This document shows positions 1 to 39,320 of a DNA stretch of 64,000 nt, one piece after another. The notes below the pieces were generated by a model. The model had not been told where the DNA came from. It did not search any database and was given only the letters and a program-made list of their open reading frames with translations. Source of the stretch: the human T2T-CHM13v2.0 reference genome, Homo sapiens; NCBI RefSeq assembly GCF_009914755.1, contig NC_060926.1. The stretch is one strand, 5' to 3'. Each line of letters begins with the position of its first letter. The first letter of the stretch is position 1. The position numbers were made by a program, and so were the translations under genes.

Positions 1-1400
1 GGAGGGTGAAGTTACAGGGGACGTCTCCCTCGCATCCCAGGGGAAGGGCCTTTCTTGGCTATAGGGCTCGGCTGATGCTTAGGGCCCGGGTAAGGACAGG
101 GCGCGGGAGTTCTGCGGCCTGGACAGCCGCGCGGCCTTCTCAGTGGCACCTCGGGCCACCCTGCAAATCCTGCCCTGGTCTTTCTTCCTCCCGGTAGCTG
201 CGCTCTCGCCCTTCTCTGGGACGCGCCGCATAGGCCACCCCTACCAAAACCGGACCCCTCCGAAGCGGAAGAAGCCGCGCACGTCCTTCTCCCGCTCACA
301 GGTGCTGGAGTTGGAGCGGCGCTTCCTGCGCCAGAAGTACCTGGCCTCTGCGGAGAGGGCGGCGCTGGCCAAGGCCTTGCGCATGACCGACGCACAGGTC
401 AAAACGTGGTTCCAGAACCGACGCACCAAGTGGCGGTGAGGCGCGGCGCGGGCGAGGGCGGACTGGGGTTCCCGAGCAGGGCCTGGTGAGAAGCGACGCG
501 GCGGGCGCCCCGCTGACCCCGCGTCTCCCTCCCTTAGGCGCCAGACGGCGGAGGAGCGCGAGGCCGAGCGGCACCGCGCGGGCCGGCTGCTCCTGCATCT
601 GCAGCAGGACGCGTTGCCACGGCCGCTGCGGCCGCCGCTGCCCCCGGACCCTCTCTGCCTGCACAACTCGTCGCTCTTCGCGCTGCAGAACCTGCAGCCC
701 TGGGCCGAGGACAACAAAGTGGCTTCAGTGTCCGGGCTCGCCTCGGTGGTGTGAGCGACGCCCGTCCGATCGGCGTGGAGCGCCGGGCCCGGAGCGGTGG
801 AGCGCGCGGCTGCCTGCGTCCATGGTCTAGTGGCAGCCGGGCGCGTGAGGAGCGGCAGGCCTTGAGGCTGTCGTCGAGGGCTCCTCCACCACCGGCCGGC
901 TCCCAAGCCAGCGTTGCGCAGATGCACGGCCAGCTCAGAGGCGGCCTTTCCCGCCATTTTTCACTTCACTGCCGTTACGCCCTCGCTGGAACCTGAGGCG
1001 CCGAGAGGGCGGGACCTGCAGGACAGTAGCCAATGAGGTGCGGGGAGGGGGCCGGGCTGGCCAATGGGAGCTGCTTTCCTGAGGGACTCGAAATTCTCCG
1101 GCGGGTGGTCGGGAGCTGGGGCTCTGAGGGGCTCTAGCGGCGTTGCGCGCGGTGCCGGCTGGGTCTGTACCAAAGGTGTGAAGGAAAGAAGACACCGACC
1201 ACGGCGAAGCAATAGAGGGGGTGCTGGAGCGCGAGAGGCTGGCTGATTGTGACCGAAACCAGAGGGTTGTCCACCCCGGGCATCTCATCCCTCAACTGTA
1301 AAATAATCGCTAAGGATTCCTTCCTGACTTTGAGCCTCACGTTGTCATGTGTGTTCAGCCTGCTGGCCACATCCTCCGGCAACACGCCCGGGCAGGAGGC
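1..1400. promoter_or_regulatory. CpG island over TLX2 exons 2-3 and 3' UTR
   Basis: Very high GC and CpG density by inspection; boundaries approximate. Confidence 0.85.
198..754 (+). CDS. TLX2: T-cell leukemia homeobox 2, last two coding exons (5' part outside window)
   Basis: Exons 198-435 and 538-754 with AG/GT boundaries. Homeodomain [58 protein letters not shown] (TLX-type Thr47). C-terminus ...[29 protein letters not shown], stop TGA 752-754. Confidence 0.97.
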
Positions 1401-1910
1401 GAGTCGGATACTTACACACCCAACGAAAGAGAAAATCTGGCTCCGGTGTCACATAGGGACAGAGAAGGGAGAGGAGGAAACAGTGGACAAAGTTAATGGG
1501 CCCAGTGGAGTTAGGGTGAAGAGAATTTGGAAAATAATTTGGAAGTGACAAGCTTAAGAAGAATCAAAGGTAATTCCAAGACTGGAAATGTGCAGCATCA
1601 GGAAATCAATGGTGCTGTGGATGATGAAAGGGAAATTGGGAAGACTGGAGCAAAATTAACTGTATAGGCAAAACTAAATGTTATACCTAGAGAGAATAAA
1701 TCCTGGAGAAGTGCCTTTGAGGGAGATCAGCTGACATCCACATAGAGGTGGACCTAGATAGAATGAATGAGAACAGATAGAATCTCTGAGGGAGGGAACT
1801 CTTGAGGAGAAAAGCAGAGTTCTAAGGACTAAACCTTTCCACCAAATTCGACAACCACCTTTGCAATGTGCAAGATGATGGAGAATACCTAAGTCAATAG
1901 TCCAAGGGCA

Positions 1911-2285
<375 letters not shown>

Positions 2286-3010
2286 TTAGAAAGACTTCCC
2301 CTTGTGGGTGTGTCTGGGCTGCTGGGAAGCTTGTTAATAGAAAGTCTAGTTAGGGGATGGTTGCATTAGCCTTAAGGTTTAAAAAGGAATTGGATTTAAG
2401 CTGTATGAGGAAGAAAGGGAAGAATTTGTCTGATTCCTCTAGCACCCCCATCCTTTGTCCCCTGGAGGCTGGTGCACTGTGACAGAGGGAAGAGAGGCCA
2501 GGCTAGAGACCAACTGTAGCCAGACAACTCATGTCTGTGCTAGTGACAACTATGTCGATCATAGCATGAAGGCCTGATTGGAGATGGGAAGAGGCTAGAG
2601 ACTATATAGTTGGAGGAGCTGGCCCTGGTTATTTACTGTAATATCATCACTGATTTATGGATGTTGTATATGGCACTGCAGGACCAAACTAAAACTTGGC
2701 ATCATAGAAAAATCTTTTATAGATCACAAGGGAGTACAAGAATGGGTTTGGCAAAGTTAAGAGAATGAGGAGCATGTCAGTCCCTCTCCAATCAATAAGA
2801 GAAGGCTAAGGAAAGAGTCCTTCCCTATGTAGACTGTGGTTTACCCCATTCTTTCCATTCCCAGTCTACCATTTCTTGGGACTCAGGTTCCAGGGTTTAC
2901 ATTTGACCCTAAACTTTGGGCTTCTAAATCTGTCTGGGTGCTTTGGTGTCACCCTGAGGGATAATCTAATGTGATGAGATGAACCCAGCTCCATTCCATA
3001 GGCAGGCAGG

Positions 3011-10294
<7,284 letters not shown>

Positions 10295-10750
10295 GGTGGC
10301 TCTCTGGCAGGACCTGCAGAAGGCAGAGCAGCCAGTAAGGTCATATTTGGTGACCGACACCATCTTCCCACCTCAGCCCTGATCCTTAACCTCTACCTTC
10401 AGTTGATCATGCTCTGGGGCCCACCCTTCCCAGCATTTCCTGCCAGGAAACAGTGCTAGGTATTTTGATAAAGGGCTACTGAGAGTTAGTCGACAGTCCC
10501 TATAGTCAGGTAGTAGAAATCTACCTGAGACTATTACCCCGTTGGCAGGTAGTAGAAATCTTACTTAGGCAGGGGTCCTCAAGGGCAGTAGAAATTATGT
10601 GAGACCTAGTAACCTGTGGGAAAGTCCTGAAGGGAAAAGGATAAAGAATATAGGGGGTGGGGAGAGGAACAGCAGAGTCACAGGGATCCTGGATTCAAAC
10701 CTGCTTGCAGCTCTAGGACGTGTCAGGACGGCAGTCAGCTCCAGACCCAC

Positions 10751-10880
10751 GTAGTCACCACCAACCCTGACCGTGTGAAGTACAAAGGTAAATTCCGGCT
10801 CTACCTCAGGGATGGGCTCAAACTTCAAATCCTGAAGCCTGCTTTTGGGGTGGGGCTATTTGCTCCACCTTATTTAACCT
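10751..10880 (-). promoter_or_regulatory. Probable DQX1 core promoter and non-coding first exon
   Basis: Minus-strand TATA-like TTAAATAA at 10871-10878, candidate donor AC|GTGGGT at 10751/10750, acceptor CAG|G for the first coding exon at 10313. Confidence 0.5.
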
Positions 10881-11234
10881 AGTCAGGAACCTATGGAAAA
10901 CAGGCTCCAGCTACCACACTGAGCATGTGTGAACTCTATAGATGATGTGTAGTGTGCTTGTGAAAGGCATGCTGGGACTTGTAGTTTTGCAGCAGCTTCC
11001 TCCAAAACCTGGGCTGATCACCCAAGCTGGGTCTTCAGTTCAGTTACACTTCCTTAATTTATCACTCATCACTTGGCATGAGGAGGTGATTTTAGACAGT
11101 TGCAGTCTGACTACCCCCTTCAAATGTACGAGAAGACTCTCACCCCCATCCCCCGCAGCCAAGGAATAAGGAACCCACTCACAGGGCTTTTGAGACCGAG
11201 AGAGACAACAGATGCCTTGAATGAAAACCATGAA

Positions 11235-11240
11235 TTTAAT
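11235..11240 (-). terminator. AUP1 polyadenylation signal ATTAAA
   Basis: ATTAAA about 125 nt after the stop codon on the minus strand. Confidence 0.75.
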
Positions 11241-11364
11241 GTGACATTGGGGGAGCCTCATCCTTCCCTTTTTACCACCCACCCATCCAGCCTGTTGTGA
11301 GTTGGGTGAGGGCTGCCCCCAGTCTCCGTCCTGCGGCTCTGGGTGCCATCCTGTTCCTTTGAGC

Positions 11365-14195
11365 TCAGTCAGCCTCCTGGGCTCGTCTCTCTGTGAATCT
11401 CCTGTGGGACATAGGGAGAGATATTATTCAGGCTTTGCCGTAGTAGCTCCATAATTCCATTCTCCAATTTGCCACATCCTATTAATTGTCCTCTAACCCC
11501 CTCACCTTCTTGCGTATTCATATAGTGCTTGCTTGCGCTCCTGCAGGCTCTCCTGCCGGGCCCAGGAAGACTTGGCAAATGTTAGGGCTGTTGGCTGAGG
11601 GGTCACCGGGCCAGAGCTGGGAAACTGAGGTGATCACAATGTCAGAGGGCTTGCGGAGTCATCATCATTAAACACGCATCGAATGCCTACTTTGCAAGAG
11701 AGGCACTATGCTAGGGTCTCAGGATCAAAAAAGAAAGGTCAGGGATAAGGGAGTACATAGCCTGCCCCCAACTCACCCCAACACTTGGATCTGACCATTT
11801 CCTGGGTCTCACCTTGGAGGCAGAGGCTGTGGGTAGGGACTGAGTTCCCTTGGTGATGTCTTCAGGCATGAAAGCTACGGCCCCCTCAAGCAGATTAGTG
11901 ATAGTCAAGTCTACACAGCCAGTCTTGGCTGGGGAGAAAAGAGAAGGGAGTCCACTCCCTACTTACTTTCTTCCTTCACAACCCACTTTTCCTCCCTGTG
12001 CCCATCTCCCAGTGTGGGGCCACCCTTTCCCATACCCAGGTCTCTCTGGATGACACCCAATGGCACATGGGGCAAAACTTCCTTGACTCTCTGAGCCAGA
12101 GTTGCCAGTTGCACATCAGGAGAAGGACCAGGGGAGGGAGGGAAAGAAGACTGGGCTGTGGAAAAAGGAAAAAAAGAAAAAAGAAATTCTGGTAAGTAGA
12201 GAACTAGAAGGAGAGGCTAACTAGCACAGAAATAGGGGAGGAATCACAGTAGGCCGAAAAAAAAAAACCCCAAAAGCTGTAATGTATAGAGACCACATAC
12301 CTGACTGGGGGCGCAATCTGGGGTGTCTTTGTCGCTTCATGTGCTCTGCTTTGTCAGCTGGAGTGAGCCGTGTCCCTGTCTGGCCCAATTCCTTGGCCAC
12401 CAGCTAGGGAGAATTGGAAGACTGGAAGTGTCAAGATCTCAAGCTTTCCTCCCTCTCCTCCTAAGCAGGGACCCCGCCTCCACCCTGTCTGTGCACCCGA
12501 CCACCTGTTGTACACGGAGTGCAAACTCCTCATTCGCTTCCCCTAGTTGGCGATGAACAGGACGAAGCCACCTGCAAAGAAACAATCCAGGGCTATGTTG
12601 TGGGCACCCAGGGTAGAGGCTGTCACCATTCCCCACTTTGGTACCTCTTTGCATGGTGGGTGGGAAAATAGTAAATACTGTAAATACTTTGTGTTGCCTC
12701 TGTGGTAGAACCTTGATATAAAGATCTACAAATGGACAGGGCAGAGGCCACTAATTCCTTGACCTTGAGGTGAGCCTCTCCCCAGCGACCAAAATGTGAG
12801 GACAGTTAATACCTTACTTGATACACCGTGAAAGGGACGAAAAGTGACCACAGCAGTTCTGAGACCCAGGAGGCATCTGACACCGTCTGAGGGGAGGGCA
12901 TGAGATGAGGCCTAAGCCAGGGCCAGGGATGGGAAATTTCCCCTTCAAGCCCCAGAGATTCCCTGTTCAACACACACTCACCACAGAGACCAGGGGTCTC
13001 TGAACTTGCAGGGTAAGAGGTTGTACCACATCTTGGATAGAAAATGGCCAGGAACTAGAAGAGGAAGGAGAAAGTAGGATGGGAATCCAGCCAGCCTAGT
13101 CAGCAGCTCACACCTGCCTTATAACAGGCAACTGTCAAACTCTACAAGCACATAATTGAAGAATGAAGGGATTCAGGAGAAAGAACTTAAAGTGGACAGA
13201 AAGGAAATGAACTGGCGATGATGGGGTCTAAGGGCCGAAGAAAGTTGTAAAAACTCAAGGGCCCACAAGCTTGACCACCTACCCAGCTGGCGCCCCATAC
13301 CTGTGCTAAACCCACCTGAAGCGCAGGAGCCCCTCCCGGCCATTGGTGGCCTCTTCCTCAGGGAATAGCAGCAGAGGAGTGGGGGGAAGCCTCGTGGAAG
13401 CACAGAATCTCTTGAGTGACTCCACCAACTCCCCCCGCCCATTCATCTCCATGAAGCCCCGAGACCAGCACACAAAGCTGGGGGGACTATTGAGTAGAGG
13501 CTGGGAACCAGGAGAAGAGAAAGCAAGAAGAAAAATATTGAGGAAAATGAAAAAAAAAAACTGACATGTTGGGTAGAGGATCGGGGTTAGGGGTAAGGCT
13601 CAGTATCCTCCATGCGGAACGCGAGTGGGGACAGGGGGGCCTTCAGCTGGGCCCCAGGGAACCGCCCCGTGGCGCTCTCGGCCTCGCTCTCACTCACGGT
13701 GCTACAGGTGGTAAGCAAATTGACTATGTTGTGGTCGAAAGGTGTCACATGGTTGGAAATGAGGACCCTGACACTGTGATCCCGGAGTCCGGAGTCCTCC
13801 TGCCGGGCCACGAGCCCTAGCACCGCACACATGGTCCGCACTACGAATCTGGGGACACAGGAGGTGGTGACTGTGTGGCCTCGGGCCAGACCCAGCTCTG
13901 ACACTCCCCGAACGCCCGCGTCGGAACCTGCGAAGGACGCTGTCTGGCAGCGCGCAGCTGACCAGGAAGACGTGGATCCCGAGAAAGAGGCGCAGGACGA
14001 GGAGGCAGAACCCGACTGGCGCGTAGAGCAGCAGCACGAGCAGTAGGAAGCAGTCACCCGGAAGCCTGGGGGCGAGAGGCGAAGTGGTCAGGCGCCGAAG
14101 GCCGAGAGCACGCGGGGATCGGTCTCTTCCCGCCGGGTCTCTTACCGGTGCGAGTCAAAGAGCCGCTCCGGCCCCGGCCCTGAGGGAAGCTCCAT
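11365..14195 (-). CDS. AUP1: Lipid droplet-regulating VLDL assembly factor AUP1, 410 aa (hydrophobic N-terminus, acyltransferase-like, CUE, G2BR)
   Basis: Exons 14146-14195, 13928-14065, 13698-13848, 13316-13500, 12982-13054, 12813-12886, 12505-12571, 12301-12403, 12036-12155, 11813-11928, 11506-11624, 11365-11401. Total 1233 nt = 410 aa + stop. Starts MELPSGPGPERLFDSHR; NHVTPFD HX4D motif; CUE-like VKEVLPHVPLGVIQRDL; ends RRAQEAD. Confidence 0.97.
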
Positions 14196-17551
<3,356 letters not shown>

Positions 17552-17711
17552 ATAGATCACCAAGAGTATGAGGCTCCTGCTCTGATTTCCTCCTTGCCTT
17601 TCTGGCTGAGGTTCTGAGGGCACCGAGACAGAGGGTTAAATGAACCAGTGGGGGCAGGTCCCTCCAACCACCAGCACTGACTCCTGGGCTCTGAAGAATC
17701 ACAGAAACACT

Positions 17712-17727
17712 TTTTATATAAAATAAA
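17712..17727. terminator. HTRA2 poly(A) signal AATAAA (17722-17727) adjacent to a minus-strand TATAAA (17713-17718), candidate for LOXL3
   Basis: Sequence TTTTATATAAAATAAA; a second plus-strand ATTAAA lies at 17862-17867. Confidence 0.65.
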
Positions 17728-18171
17728 ATTATACCTAGCAACATATTATAGTAAAAAATGAGGTGGGAGGGCTGGATCTTTTCCCCCACCAAAAGGCTAG
17801 AGGTAAAGCTGTATCCCCCTAAACTTAGGGGAGATACTGGAGCTGACCATCCTGACCTCCTATTAAAGAAAATGAGCTGCTGCCATCTTTTGTGGGCAGT
17901 TAGTCAGGTGCTGCTCTTTGTGGTGTGGTGGGCTCTGGTCTGTTCTGCTCGGTGCTGGGCCTGGGAGCAAAGATTCCCATGCTTGGCTACAGATACTGAC
18001 AGCTGGCCTCTGAAGGAGGGTGAAAACTTCTGCTTGACAGTTCCACATCCATAGTGCATGGTCTGATGAGTGCGGTTGCTGACATGGGTTTCTTGGTAAG
18101 CTCCTGAGGTAATGGCAGCCTCAGACCCCTGCCATTAGGGGCCAGTGGTGGTTTGCAGAGGGCAGTGGCAC

Positions 18172-37200
<19,029 letters not shown>

Positions 37201-38441
37201 GGCAGGGAAGGCCTGGGTGCCCCAGAGACAAAGTGTGCGTGAGAGAAACAGATTGAGTGGGGCCCAGAGTCAGAAAGAGAGGGAGAAGTCACGAAAGAAA
37301 AACAGACACTGAGTAAGACAGAGACAGCGAGAGACAACAGGAGAGAAAGAGCCCCAGGGACCAAGAGACAGGGAGAGAAACACATTAAATAAGGGCTGAG
37401 GCACAGGTCATAGAGGCACAGCCTGAGAGACCCAGAGATAAGAGACAACTATGAGAGATCGAGAGTCAGAGAAGGGTCAATAAAAAGAGATAGAGACTGA
37501 GCAAGAGACACGTAGAGAGAGAGGAAGACCCAGACAGACAGGATGTGAGAGGAAGGGAGACTGTGGGAATGAGAGAGAGAAAACCAGAAAGACACAGAGG
37601 AGAGAGACAACGGATAGAAAGTGATAGGCAAAGAACTAAGCACTCAGTATAGGGGAACCAAGCACACCGCGGGTGAGAAGGAGAGGGATTGACAAGAGCC
37701 AAGGGGCGGACGTGGGAGGGATCCAGATGACCCCATTTACTCAGAGGGAGGACAGACAGCTGTACTGATTGTGCAGAGAGGCACGTAAGGGGCCCTAGGC
37801 GGCCCTGGGATCACAGATCCCCTGAATGGGAGCCCAGAGTCCTAACCCAGCAGATTCCCAGGCAGGGAAGGCTGGCACCAAAGCTCGCCTGGAGAACCTG
37901 CTGCACGCCCTCCCCAACACGCAGGCTCTCAGATGCCCTGCAGGGTCAAGAGGCCCAGGAGGGCCAGGCCTCAAGGCTGGGCGGGGGATGGGGTAGGGTT
38001 GTCCCAGCCTCCTGCCAACACCACCATCCCTGTCACCGGGCAACGGGAGGCCAGGCGCTATGGCTCCTCAGCCAAGGCCTTCTCTGCCTAGGGCTGAGAA
38101 CAGCCCCTCTACAGCAAGCCCCCGTCAACATGCTTCCCCCAACCCAAACAATCAATCCAACAAGGCAGCTTTGTTCTGGGTTGGGGACCCAGGGGCAGCG
38201 CCTCCCGGAGGAGCCCCCTCCCTTAGGGCGCTCCTGGCGGCCCTGTTCGAACACCCGTAGCCCCCGCCTCCGGTATGTGCCTCCTCCGTGTACTCTGTCT
38301 CACTTGCCCTTTGACAAGAATCAAACTCTCAGTTGGGTGGCTTCCCCTCGACTCCATCCCACACCACCCGTTTTCCCTGGTCCCTCCACATCCTCTCCAT
38401 CCCCTACTCATTCCCTCTGCGGTTAGCGTGACTCCCCCTAC

Positions 38442-39320
38442 CTTGGCCGAGCAGGACCCTAAGGGCTGGGAGAAGAGTGCTGGTCCTGGAGATCAGTCCT
38501 AGGACTTCCAAAAAAAAAAAAAAATGCTCGGCCAGGGGAGACTGGACCCCCCTCTCTCCCCCTTCTCCGTTCGTCCCTCCCACATCCCCCTGAGCCCTCC
38601 CACATTCCGCCTTCTCCTTCCATTCCTCCCGGCCAGTTCCCTCCTCTCCTCCTCTGGGTCCTCCCTCCCCGTGGAGCTGGCCACTGCCGCGCCCCCTCCC
38701 CCTCCCTGGCCCTCCCGGCTCGTTCAATGAAGCTTTCTCTTCCCGCGGCATGGAGGCCAGGCCTCTGCGGTCAGGGAGCTGACATGCAAGCGGCGGCCGG
38801 GCGGCGGGGCGGCCCCGGTGGTGGCGGGAAGCGGTTCAACCCCAGCCCTCCCTCCGAGTCCCGGGCCAGCGGAGTCTAAACAGCCCGGCTCGGGCGGGGC
38901 TGGGGGCGGGCCCGGCCAGGGTAAATAAAGCCCCGGAGGCCCGTGTGGGTCTCTCCGGTGCCCGGGGCGCTTTCGGGGTGATGTCATGGCTTTCACTCTG
39001 ACGTCACCTTGGGCATATGACGTCACGCGCAGCCACCACGCCCAGAGGCCAGGGCCCTCGCGCCAAAACCGAGGACTTTCGGTGGAGCCACTGGCGCGCC
39101 CCCACGACGGCGGGTAGGGGCCTGGGGTGCTGCAGCTCCCGGCTAATCCGGGGGTCTCCACCATTCCTTCTCGCTCCTCTCCCTCACCCCACCGCGACCC
39201 CCCCAGCGGCTGCCGGCGGGGGCCGGGGAGGGGCGGAAACTCCTCCAGGGAACCCGGCCCCGCCTCCCGCCCCGCCTCCCGCCGCAGGGCCAGGAAGCGC
39301 GGAAGGAACCGCCGGGGGCC
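38442..39320. promoter_or_regulatory. Bidirectional LOXL3/DOK1 promoter (CpG island), including probable LOXL3 non-coding exon 1
   Basis: Minus-strand donor AAG|GTAGGG at 38442/38441. CRE TGACGTCA at 38999-39006 and 39018-39025, variant TGATGTCA at 38979-38986. E2F-like TTTTGGCGCG (minus) at 39059-39068; several GC boxes. Confidence 0.85.

Noticed and set aside
10295-10363. Upstream in-frame ATG extending DQX1 by 23 aa
   Set aside because: Lies upstream of a good acceptor at 10313 (intronic), while the downstream ATG has a GCCACC Kozak context.
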